IMG/VR virus record: IMGVR_UViG_3300037784_000160
Span: 1 to 36,961 of that record
Length of the DNA stretch: 36,961 bases
Source of the DNA: a virus
Lineage: Duplodnaviria > Caudoviricetes
Strand: one strand, 5' to 3'
Shown: piece by piece, positions 7,644 to 15,362 of the stretch
Layout: each line of letters begins with the position of its first letter
Numbering within the stretch: position 1 is the stretch's first letter
The notes under the pieces: model-generated
The model's database searches: none
Told to the model about the DNA's origin: nothing
What the model saw: the letters and a program-made list of their open reading frames with translations, nothing else
Made by a program: the position numbers and the translations under genes

Positions 7644-8184
7644 GGTCGGGTTCTCCCTTGGACAAGCGCGCATCGGCGCGGAGCTGGTGGGTCAGGCGGG
7701 CCATGGCGACGGTTCGCCGGCCGGGATCGAGGTGCCAGCGCAGCGCGATGACGCGCTCGGCCTGCTGGTGAAGCTGTTCGGAGAAGCCGCCGTGATCGGC
7801 CGCGAAGGCGGCGATCCGGACCACCGCGGCATCAAGCGCCTCGCGCCGGGCCTGTTCGCTGCCGAAGCCGGCGGGCTCGCCATCGCCGGTGCAGATGAAG
7901 CGCCAGTCGGCGACCAGGTCTTCGAAAATCAGCAGCTCGCGCGCCGCCTCGGCTTCGGTCATCTCGCCGGCGGTAACTGCCTTGGGCAGGCGTTCGCGGC
8001 GGGTGGCGAGCATGCTCTCGGCCATGGCGAGAAGCGCGGGATAGTCCCGGATCGCAGCCGGCGGTTCGGGCGAGACGATCGCCGGGCGCCCATCCGCAGG
8101 CCAGCGGCGCTCACCGGCGCCGACCCTGTCCTCGGTGAAGGGCGAGGACCAGCGCATGATCGGGCGGACGGCGGCCCGGCTCAT
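7636..8184 (-). CDS. Hypothetical phage protein, 182 aa
   Basis: ATGA overlap with the primase stop and AGGAG RBS; 8-nt overlap with the next gene. Confidence 0.65.
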   Translation of the reverse strand: MSRAAVRPIMRWSSPFTEDRVGAGERRWPADGRPAIVSPEPPAAIRDYPALLAMAESMLATRRERLPKAVTAGEMTEAEAARELLIFEDLVADWRFICTGDGEPAGFGSEQARREALDAAVVRIAAFAADHGGFSEQLHQQAERVIALRWHLDPGRRTVAMARLTHQLRADARLSKGEPDHG

Positions 8185-10841
8185 ACGAATGGCTCCTGCT
8201 CGACCGGGCGCTGGAAGACCCAGCACCACTGCGGCTTGCCGTCGGGCGGATTAACCTTGCGGTAGGCGACGAATTTGCGGGACTTCGATCCGCTCAGCAC
8301 CTTCTTGAGCGCGTCGAGATGCGGCGGCACGAGGTTGGCGCGACGGCAGCGCGCCTCGAAGTCCGGCAGGTTGATCGCGATCAGGTTCTCCGATCGGCGG
8401 CTGCGGTTGACGCTGTTGCCGTTGACCTCGGCGTCGACGTTCTCGTTGCCGAGCAGGTAATCGACCTTCTCCCAGAAATCGGCGATGAGCGGGTGATCGC
8501 CGCCGGCCGACTGCTGCCGATCGAGCGCCATGCGGTCGACCTCGCCGATGGCCTGTGCCACCCATTCACGCTGGCAGTTGGGGAACAGGTGCGGCAGCGT
8601 CTCGAGCGCGGCGGCGAGCTGGCTGTGGCATTTGATCGGGCGGGCGTTGGTGAGGCCGTCGACGCGCTTGCCCATCGCCCGGTCGTGGTGCTGGAAGCGC
8701 TCAAAGAAGTGCTTGAGCCAGTCGGCTTCCTGCCGCACCACATGGACCAGCGTCCCGCTGACCTCTTCCATCGGCCAGCTTTCGAGCCGCTGCGCGGCCT
8801 CGCGGGTGTGTTCGTTCCACAGCGACTTGTCGATCGCCATCGACATGAGGCGCTCGAGCACGGCCGGGATCGCATCGATCCGCTCGTTCTGCATGAGGTA
8901 GATCGAGCCGAGGAAGGGCGGTTCCTCTGTCTCGTAGCCGCCGGTCTTCTTGCCGATCGAGCGCGGGGCCCGACCGTTGTAGAGCACGAGCAGCTCGTTG
9001 TAGTCGAACTGCCTGCCGTGGTTCCCGCGATCGTCGTTGCGGCCGCCCTCGATGAGGCCGACCGGCAGGTTGCTGACCTTGACGAATGAGCGGGCGAGCG
9101 CGGCGCGGGTCGCCTTGTTGGGGTCGAAACCTTCGTACCCGGCGCGCCCCATCAGCTTCCACAGAAACTCGATCAGGGTCGACTTGCCGGATCCCGGCGG
9201 GCCGGTGATCTCGAGGAAGCCCAGCGACTTGTGCTTTTCGCGGATCTGCACCGCGAACAGGGACATGACGAAGAACGACAGCGCGATCAGCCCGCGCGAA
9301 CCGTAGGCGGTCCAGATGTCCTGCACCCAGTCCATCGACAGGTGATCGGGGTCGTACTGCAGATCGAGCATGCGCTCGGCCCCGCGCAGCTTCAGCGCGC
9401 GGGTGCCCACGTCGAAGTAATCCTCGGCGTTGACCTTGAGGACGCGGCCCTGGTGCACCGCCATGTCGCCGAGCAGCCAGACGCCGGGATCCTTCGCGTA
9501 ACCGATCGAGGCGATCGGCTCGACGGTCTTCAGGCGGCGGGTCTGGCTCTTGATGATCCGGTCGAGCTGCTCGGCCGTGCCGGTCCACATGCCGGCGAAA
9601 GCCATGAGCCGCTTCTTGAACTCGGCCGCATTGGCGCAGGCGGAAGACGAAAAGCGCGCCTTCACCGCGCGCGTCTCGTAAGGGAAGTCGATCTTCAGGA
9701 AGTAGTGGGTCTCGTCCGCGATCTCGTCGCGCTCGCGATAGAGCAGTCGGAAGGCGCAGTTGCAGATCTCGTGGAAATCGATCTTGCGGCCATCGTCCTC
9801 GTCATGGGTGACCCGCACCCAGAAGATGCGGTTGTCGTGGCGCATGTCGAAGCTGGTGATCGAACGGGCGTTCCGGGTCGCCCGGTCGACTATCAGCTTG
9901 GCTTTCTCGAACGGGGTCTCGGCGATCGTGATCGCGCCGTTGAAGAGGTATTCCTCGATCGCCTCGGAACCGAGCGGGCCTTCCTCGGCCTCACCCTTCC
10001 AGCTCATCTGGCGCAGCCAGAGGTCATTCCAGTCGAGCTTGTCGCCCTCTCCATCGGGGCGCACCTGGGCGGCGGTCGCCTTCCAGCCCTCGCGCCGCGC
10101 GCGGGCCACGAACTTGCGGCTGAAGCTGACCCCGGCAGCGCCGACGTCGAAAGCGAACACCAGCTCGGGCCGGGTGGCGATGCGACCAGCCTGAAGCTGG
10201 GCGGACAGATCGGCGAGGAACTTCTCGGGGTAGACGTTGCAGGTCATCGCCGACACGGCGGCAAGCCCCGCCTGGGTGAGTGCCGCCGCGTCGAATATAC
10301 CCTCGGTGATCCAGATCCGCTCGGCCTTGGCCAGCGTTGCGAAGCTGGTGCCGTTGGGCATCCAGCACAGGCCGCGCCAGCTGCCGCCCTTGCGGAAGTG
10401 CGCCTTGCGGGCGAAGCGGCCGGGCCGGTCGATGATCCGTTCCCAATAGGTATCGCCGATCGGGAACCGCACGGTCGCCGCGGTCTCGCCACTGTCGTAA
10501 TCGCGGAAGACCTCTTGCGAGTAGAGGCCGCGCAGCAGCTTCAGATCGAGCCCGCGCTCGTGGTAGAGGTAGGCGTCGGCGGTGGCGTTGGGGTTCTCGG
10601 GCGTCGGCGGTTGCCGCTTGGTCCAGTCCTCGAACAGGTCGGGCAGGAGGTTGCGGACGGAATCCTCCCACCCGCACCGGTCGGCCCGGCCGCAGCGCAC
10701 GATCTTGGGCTCGACCGCCGCGCAATAGGCCTCGCGCTTGCCGCACTGCGGGCAGGTGCCTTCCTGCATCCAGTCGCCGCTGGTCTTGCGGAACTGGAAT
10801 TTCGCCTTGAGCGCGGAGATGATGTTGTCCTGCAGGCTCAC
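8181..10841 (-). CDS. Bifunctional primase-helicase (Zn finger, toprim, P-loop NTPase), about 886 aa
   Basis: CPQCGKREAYC...CGRADRC Zn finger; WITEGIFDA and FAFDVG toprim motifs, DWNDL; Walker A GPPGSGKS. GTG start overlaps the upstream TGA. Confidence 0.88.
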   Translation of the reverse strand: MSLQDNIISALKAKFQFRKTSGDWMQEGTCPQCGKREAYCAAVEPKIVRCGRADRCGWEDSVRNLLPDLFEDWTKRQPPTPENPNATADAYLYHERGLDLKLLRGLYSQEVFRDYDSGETAATVRFPIGDTYWERIIDRPGRFARKAHFRKGGSWRGLCWMPNGTSFATLAKAERIWITEGIFDAAALTQAGLAAVSAMTCNVYPEKFLADLSAQLQAGRIATRPELVFAFDVGAAGVSFSRKFVARARREGWKATAAQVRPDGEGDKLDWNDLWLRQMSWKGEAEEGPLGSEAIEEYLFNGAITIAETPFEKAKLIVDRATRNARSITSFDMRHDNRIFWVRVTHDEDDGRKIDFHEICNCAFRLLYRERDEIADETHYFLKIDFPYETRAVKARFSSSACANAAEFKKRLMAFAGMWTGTAEQLDRIIKSQTRRLKTVEPIASIGYAKDPGVWLLGDMAVHQGRVLKVNAEDYFDVGTRALKLRGAERMLDLQYDPDHLSMDWVQDIWTAYGSRGLIALSFFVMSLFAVQIREKHKSLGFLEITGPPGSGKSTLIEFLWKLMGRAGYEGFDPNKATRAALARSFVKVSNLPVGLIEGGRNDDRGNHGRQFDYNELLVLYNGRAPRSIGKKTGGYETEEPPFLGSIYLMQNERIDAIPAVLERLMSMAIDKSLWNEHTREAAQRLESWPMEEVSGTLVHVVRQEADWLKHFFERFQHHDRAMGKRVDGLTNARPIKCHSQLAAALETLPHLFPNCQREWVAQAIGEVDRMALDRQQSAGGDHPLIADFWEKVDYLLGNENVDAEVNGNSVNRSRRSENLIAINLPDFEARCRRANLVPPHLDALKKVLSGSKSRKFVAYRKVNPPDGKPQWCWVFQRPVEQEPFV

Positions 10842-11155
10842 GGGCGCTGGTTCTCCAGTGCGGCGAGTTCGCGCACCCGGTCCTCGAACCAGCGGTTGGC
10901 CGTCTGGCGATAGGCGTCGCGCTCGTTGCGCAGGCGCTGGATGCGCAGGGCAACGCGGTCGGCATGTTCCTGCGAGGGCAGCTTGCCGAGGATGAAGCTG
11001 TCGGGGATCCGGCGATTGCGGCGTGCCCAGCGGCGGTTGGCAGTGTCGAACGGGAAGGCGGTGACATGGCGATCCTTGACCAGATCGACCTTGGCGACGC
11101 CGAACTGGTCGCCGTCGCGGAAGAGGATGCGATCGCCGGGGTTGATGCCGATCAT
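10838..11155 (-). CDS. Hypothetical protein, 105 aa (beta-rich N-terminus, helical C-terminus)
   Basis: ATGA and GTGA coupling on both sides. Confidence 0.7.
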   Translation of the reverse strand: MIGINPGDRILFRDGDQFGVAKVDLVKDRHVTAFPFDTANRRWARRNRRIPDSFILGKLPSQEHADRVALRIQRLRNERDAYRQTANRWFEDRVRELAALENQRP

Positions 11156-11436
11156 GCCGCGATCCCCCCGATGCGCACGAAGTGCAGCGGCTCGCCGTCC
11201 GGCGCGCGCGGGATCGGCACCGGCCGCAGCACCTGAAGGTTGCGGCGGCGGGAGCGCAGGCCGCGGCGCAGCTTACCCTCGGCAACAAGGCCGGCGACCA
11301 GCGCCGATGCCAGCCCTTCATCCCCGCCGAGCTGGGCATGCGCCACCTCGGCGATCGAGGGGCAGCGGCCATGCTTCATCTCGAAGCCGGTGATGAAGCC
11401 AAGCGCTTCGCGCTGAAGCTCAGCGAACAGGCTCAT
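11152..11436 (-). CDS. Stand-alone LexA-type winged-helix DNA-binding protein, 94 aa
   Basis: LQREALGFITGFEMKHGRCPSIAEVA...LVAEGKLRR...RRNLQVL parallels the LexA N-terminal domain; no peptidase domain; ATGA coupling. Confidence 0.7.
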   Translation of the reverse strand: MSLFAELQREALGFITGFEMKHGRCPSIAEVAHAQLGGDEGLASALVAGLVAEGKLRRGLRSRRRNLQVLRPVPIPRAPDGEPLHFVRIGGIAA

Positions 11437-11564
11437 CGCACCACCGCCTCGATCAGGTGGCCGATCATCGCGCCGGCCAGGAACAGGGCGGGCGCGATGC
11501 AGAGCCAGTCGAGCAGGCGCGTCTCGCGCCGTTCGGGCCGGTGGTATCGGATCGGAAAAGTCAA
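11433..11564 (-). CDS. Small 43-aa membrane protein
   Basis: TTG start after AAGGGGGA; MTFPIRYHRPERRETRLLDWLCIAPALFLAGAMIGHLIEAVVR; stop overlaps the next ATG. Confidence 0.5.
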   Translation of the reverse strand: MTFPIRYHRPERRETRLLDWLCIAPALFLAGAMIGHLIEAVVR

Positions 11565-11626
11565 AGCGTCCCCCTTGCGGCAATCGCGGCCGCGCCAAGT
11601 GTCTCGGTTGTCTGTGGTTGGCCGCG

Positions 11627-12001
11627 TCAGCTGCGCGGTGGATCGAACAGGCTTTCCTGCCCCTCGGGGCCGTCGCGCGAGGGCGGACGAACGTGCACCA
11701 GCTCGCTCTTCGGGCAGACCGGAAGATCAAGATCGGGCCGGTCGATGTTTCCTTCGACCAGCGTGTGAACGAAGACGATGTCGGCCCGCCAGGTGTGGCC
11801 GCAGGCGCTGTCGGTGCAGTGCACGGTCATCTGGGTGACGGTCGGCGTCGGGCGATCGGAACGGCGGATCATGCCCGGGGCATCGCACTTGGGGCAGCGC
11901 ACGAAGCAGCCGTCGCCGCCGCGCCGCCCGCCGGGCTGCAGCCGGAACTGCAGCGGCGCTTCGACCATCGGGCGGGTGATCGCGGGCGCGCGCTCAGGCA
12001 T
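11627..12001 (-). CDS. ogr: Ogr/Delta-like zinc-finger late transcription activator
   Basis: CPKC...IRRS...CTDSACGHTW motif characteristic of P2 Ogr; GGGAGG RBS. Confidence 0.85.
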   Translation of the reverse strand: MPERAPAITRPMVEAPLQFRLQPGGRRGGDGCFVRCPKCDAPGMIRRSDRPTPTVTQMTVHCTDSACGHTWRADIVFVHTLVEGNIDRPDLDLPVCPKSELVHVRPPSRDGPEGQESLFDPPRS

Positions 12002-12197
12002 CGCGGCCTCCCCACGGCAGCGGCTGCGCGGCGATCGACGCCGTTAACACCCGCAGGAACTGCTTGTGCCGGAATGGGGCTAGGTCATTTGCGGATTGGC
12101 CAGCGCTGCCCGCACCGTGCAAGGCCTGCAACTGGGCGAATCCGCGCCCGAGCGACGAGGCGGGAACAGGCGGCAGGGATGAAGCGCGCGCGTTCAC
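11994..12197 (-). CDS. Possible small hypothetical protein between cro and ogr
   Basis: GTG start 2 nt after the cro stop; 8-nt overlap with the ogr start; no recognisable motif. Confidence 0.35.
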   Translation of the reverse strand: MNARASSLPPVPASSLGRGFAQLQALHGAGSAGQSANDLAPFRHKQFLRVLTASIAAQPLPWGGRDA

Positions 12198-12199
12198 GA

Positions 12200-12490
12200 T
12201 CAGGCACTCCGGGCGATCCGCTCGGGCGAACCGGCGTAGCGGTCGACGCCGGTGAAACGGGCACCGACCTGCCGGTCGACCATGCATTCGCGCGGGTAGA
12301 TGTCGGGGCGCAGATCGTGGCGCGATACGCCTGTCGCGGCTTCGATCTTGAGGACGTATTCGGCAGGCAGCTGCTTCGACTGGTTAAGCCAGCGCCAGAT
12401 CGTAGGTTGAGACACGCCAAGAGCGGCAGCCATAGCTTGCTCAGTGGGGAAGGCGGCGCGCGCCGCCTTGAGGGCTTCGAACCTTGTCAT
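12200..12490 (-). CDS. cro: Cro/YdaS-like HTH regulator
   Basis: QAMAAALGVSQPTIWRWL HTH and IEAATGVSRHDLRPDIY motif; divergent from cI. Confidence 0.88.
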   Translation of the reverse strand: MTRFEALKAARAAFPTEQAMAAALGVSQPTIWRWLNQSKQLPAEYVLKIEAATGVSRHDLRPDIYPRECMVDRQVGARFTGVDRYAGSPERIARSA

Positions 12491-12525
12491 ACGCCCACGT
12501 ATATGCATTCACGTATAATGGTCAA
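12488..12525 (-). promoter_or_regulatory. Lytic promoter for cro with two tandem operator-like palindromes
   Basis: Minus strand TTGACC-N16-TATACG-N7-ATG. Imperfect palindromes CATAC-N6-GTATA (12488-12503) and TATGC-N6-GTATA (12502-12517). CACGTATA is repeated at 12496 and 12510. Confidence 0.6.
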
Positions 12526-12573
12526 CGGAAAAGTTGGATGATGCAGGTTGAACTTCGTTCTACCAACCCGTTC

Positions 12574-13251
12574 ATGTGGGAGGTGAATCGGGCGAACCTG
12601 GCAAAAGCCATGGAAGCGGCGGGACTTAACCAGTCCGAGCTGGCAGAGCGTGTAGGGATGAAGCAACCGTCGATCGGGCGCCTCCTGACCGGCGAGACAA
12701 GAACCACCCGCGCGCTTGACCTAATCGCTCAGGCCTTGGGCACCTCGCCAGCTTATCTTAGGGGCGACACCGACGATCCATCCCCGAGAATCCATCCGCT
12801 TCACATGGCGATGCGATCCTCGGCCTCCGAGAGTGCAGACAGCACGGTCATGATCCCGCAGCTCGACATCGGCTATTCGATGGGCGGCGGCAGTGTGTTC
12901 GAGGACTATGCCCAGACTGCGCTGATCCCGTTCCCGCGCGAATGGCTGCGCCCGATGATCGGCGGCACCTTCGGCGAAATCTTCGTCGCCCGGGGCGAAG
13001 GCGATTCCATGATGCCCACCATCCTCGATGGCGACGTGGTGATCGTCGATACCGCGCAGAAGACGATCACCAAGCAGGACCGGCTCTGGTGCCTGTCCTA
13101 TGGCGAGCTGGGGATGATAAAGCGTGTGCGCATGCAACCAGACGGCGGCGCGCTGATCATCAGCGACAACCCCGCGGTCGAGAACTTCACCGCCTATGAT
13201 GGCGAGGTCAGCACGATCGGGCGGGTGATCTGGATCGGTCGAAGGGTTTAA
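12574..13251 (+). CDS. cI: CI-like repressor (XRE HTH plus S24 peptidase)
   Basis: NQSELAERVGMKQPSIGRLLTG HTH; SMGGG at the expected cleavage region; GDSMMP (Ser) and IKRV (Lys) catalytic dyad. Start uncertain: 12538 and 12541 are alternatives. Confidence 0.9.
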   Translation: MWEVNRANLAKAMEAAGLNQSELAERVGMKQPSIGRLLTGETRTTRALDLIAQALGTSPAYLRGDTDDPSPRIHPLHMAMRSSASESADSTVMIPQLDIGYSMGGGSVFEDYAQTALIPFPREWLRPMIGGTFGEIFVARGEGDSMMPTILDGDVVIVDTAQKTITKQDRLWCLSYGELGMIKRVRMQPDGGALIISDNPAVENFTAYDGEVSTIGRVIWIGRRV

Positions 13252-13260
13252 CAGGAGGAA

Positions 13261-13665
13261 ATGAGTATGCGGTCGCTAGCTGTTCTTGCAATTTCGATGA
13301 GCCTTGTTGCCTGCGGGGAGGTCGCCGACAGCGCCGCCGCAGATCCCACCGTGCCCGCCATTGAGGTGACATCGGTCGAACTTGCCAAGGCTTTCGAAGC
13401 AAATGAGGTCGCCGCGCAGCAGACCTATGGCGCTGCGCCGCTGCTTGTCTCTGGTGAGGTGGCTGACATCAGTCTCGACTTCATGGATCAGCCTGTTGTC
13501 GAACTGCCAGGCGTCAACCAGTTCATGAATGTGCAGGCCAATTTGGGTGAAGAAGGGAAGGCTGCAAGCGCGCAACTCACCAAGGGGCAAGCGGTCGTGG
13601 TGCGCTGCGCGAAGCTGACCGAAGTAGCGGGAACCCCGATGCTTAGCGATTGCACCATCCAGTAG
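13261..13665 (+). CDS. OB-fold lipoprotein (tRNA_anti-like family); moron
   Basis: AGGAGG RBS; lipobox LVAC; EVTSVELAKAFEANEVAA...Y...VSGEV...LTKGQ.V...C pattern. Confidence 0.75.
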   Translation: MSMRSLAVLAISMSLVACGEVADSAAADPTVPAIEVTSVELAKAFEANEVAAQQTYGAAPLLVSGEVADISLDFMDQPVVELPGVNQFMNVQANLGEEGKAASAQLTKGQAVVVRCAKLTEVAGTPMLSDCTIQ

Positions 13666-13672
13666 TCCGCAG

Positions 13673-13900
13673 ATGCATCGTCTGGTTGTCTTCGATGCCA
13701 CTTCGGAGCGCGATTTCGAGGTGCTTAGCGAACATCTTCCGCGGGTGAATGACTTCATCTGGTTGGCTGATTCGGTCTGGACGGTAATCTGTGTCGACCA
13801 TCACGTTCATCATGCGGCGGTTCCCATTGGCACCAAGGATCTGCCTTGGACTAGGATCGTCGTAGACGACGAGAGACCGATGCCGGTGCCCAGAGGTTAA
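13673..13900 (+). CDS. Hypothetical 75-aa protein; moron
   Basis: Starts 7 nt after the lipoprotein stop; lower GC; stop overlaps the convergent D stop (TTAA). Confidence 0.55.
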   Translation: MHRLVVFDATSERDFEVLSEHLPRVNDFIWLADSVWTVICVDHHVHHAAVPIGTKDLPWTRIVVDDERPMPVPRG

Positions 13901-14934
13901 GCGCTTTCCAGCTCCAGCCTCTGGCGCAAGCCGCCGCTGGCATCGAAGCTGGTCTCGACCGATTTGACCAGCCAGTCGATCGCGTCGATGGTGCTGTTCC
14001 ATCCGCGCAGGGTCACCTGCATGTCGGGCTGCAGCGCGGGATCCGCGATCGCCAGATCATAGCTGAATTCGTACGGCACCCGGGATGCGCGGCTCGCCGC
14101 CGCCTCGGCTGCCTGCCGCGCTTCGGCCTCGCTGGCGTAGACCCGCTTGAGTTTTTTTGGTTCGACCGGCGCGTTCTCGCCTTCCGCTGCCGCTGCGCTG
14201 CTCGGCCCGTCGACCTTCACCGTCCGCCGCCGCCCGGCAGCATCATCGTGCCACTGGGCCTCGGCCCCGGCATAGCTTTCGCGCTGGCCTTCGCGGAAGG
14301 TCCAGGACCAGCCATCGCGCCGGGTCAGCACCGTGCCGGCGAGCGGTGCGCCGCCCGCGCTGGTCGAGCTGCCGATCGGCAGGAACAGCAGGAAGTCGTC
14401 CTTCCAGGTGGCGACGGCATCGTAGCGCTTTCCCAGATCGCGCACGAAGGCCATGTCGCTCTTGCCCTCCTGTTCGATCACCTCGATCGCGCGGGCCGCC
14501 AGATCGGCGGCAATCCGGGCGGTGCGGCCATGGCGGGAGGCGATCTCGCCCAGCACGGTGCCGAGCGTGGTATTGCGCCAGCTTCTGGTCTCGCGCTTGC
14601 GCAGCGCCCCGGTCAGGTCGGCGCTGCGGCCCTTGATCGCGATCGTGTCGGGCGGACCGGAAAGCTCGATCTCGTCGATCGTGAAGCGGCCCTTGTCGAC
14701 CAACCCGAGCGGCACGTCGGCGCCGCTTTCCCAGCCCAGCGCCAGCGCGAGCCTCACCCCGGTGCGCGGGATCGCCAGCGCGCCATCGGTGTTCTGCAGC
14801 ATCAGGTCGATTTCGTCGGCATCGTCCTCGCGCTTCTCCGACAGGCGCAGACTCAGCAGCCGAGGGCGCACCTTGTCGGCGAGATCGGTCCCGTCCTCGA
14901 GCGTGAGCGAAATGGCGGCGCGGCGCGCGGTCAT
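13897..14934 (-). CDS. D: Phage late control / baseplate hub protein D
   Basis: LVDKGRFTIDEIELSGPPD, QEGKSDMAFVRDLG; position after U. Confidence 0.88.
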   Translation of the reverse strand: MTARRAAISLTLEDGTDLADKVRPRLLSLRLSEKREDDADEIDLMLQNTDGALAIPRTGVRLALALGWESGADVPLGLVDKGRFTIDEIELSGPPDTIAIKGRSADLTGALRKRETRSWRNTTLGTVLGEIASRHGRTARIAADLAARAIEVIEQEGKSDMAFVRDLGKRYDAVATWKDDFLLFLPIGSSTSAGGAPLAGTVLTRRDGWSWTFREGQRESYAGAEAQWHDDAAGRRRTVKVDGPSSAAAAEGENAPVEPKKLKRVYASEAEARQAAEAAASRASRVPYEFSYDLAIADPALQPDMQVTLRGWNSTIDAIDWLVKSVETSFDASGGLRQRLELESA

Positions 14935-15362
14935 CAGCCGATGCCCTCGATCGCGCCGAGATTGTCGCCCTCATCATCTCCGCGCACCAGCTCGATCCGG
15001 AATCCGATCTGGCGCGGCAGCCCGCCCGCCATCACGACGATGTGATCCTCGTCGAGCCGCTCGATCCGGTAATGGCCGAGGATGCGCCCCAGCCCGTCCA
15101 TCAGCGGATAGGTTTCGCCGGCGGCAGCCATGTCGGCCAGCGTCTCGATCGCGCTGTAGGATCCCGCGATCTCCGGCACCAGCAGGCCCGAGATGCTGAC
15201 ATTGTCGCTGCCCGGCCCGACATATTGGGCCGCGGCGCGCGCGCCGAAGCGATCGGCCGTGGCATGGCGCCACTCGCGCGAACGGGTCAGCGCCTGGTAG
15301 AGCAGGGTGTCGACGCTGAAGACGAACATCCCCAGCGTCATGAGTTCGCGCGGGCTCATCAC
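14934..15362 (-). CDS. U: Tail protein U
   Basis: LMTLGMFVF...RFGARAAAQYVGPG...ISGLLVPE, typical of P2 GpU. Confidence 0.88.
   Translation of the reverse strand: MMSPRELMTLGMFVFSVDTLLYQALTRSREWRHATADRFGARAAAQYVGPGSDNVSISGLLVPEIAGSYSAIETLADMAAAGETYPLMDGLGRILGHYRIERLDEDHIVVMAGGLPRQIGFRIELVRGDDEGDNLGAIEGIG

Noticed and set aside
10842-11372. 177-aa N-terminal extension of the primase given in the ORF track (1063 aa)
   Set aside because: It overlaps two coupled genes in other frames. The GTG at 10841 gives a GTGA overlap and begins just before the Zn finger.
14152-14158. A AAA AAA slippery heptamer in gene D (minus strand)
   Set aside because: The -1 frame stops after about 30 codons with nothing recognisable, and I know of no frameshift in D homologues.
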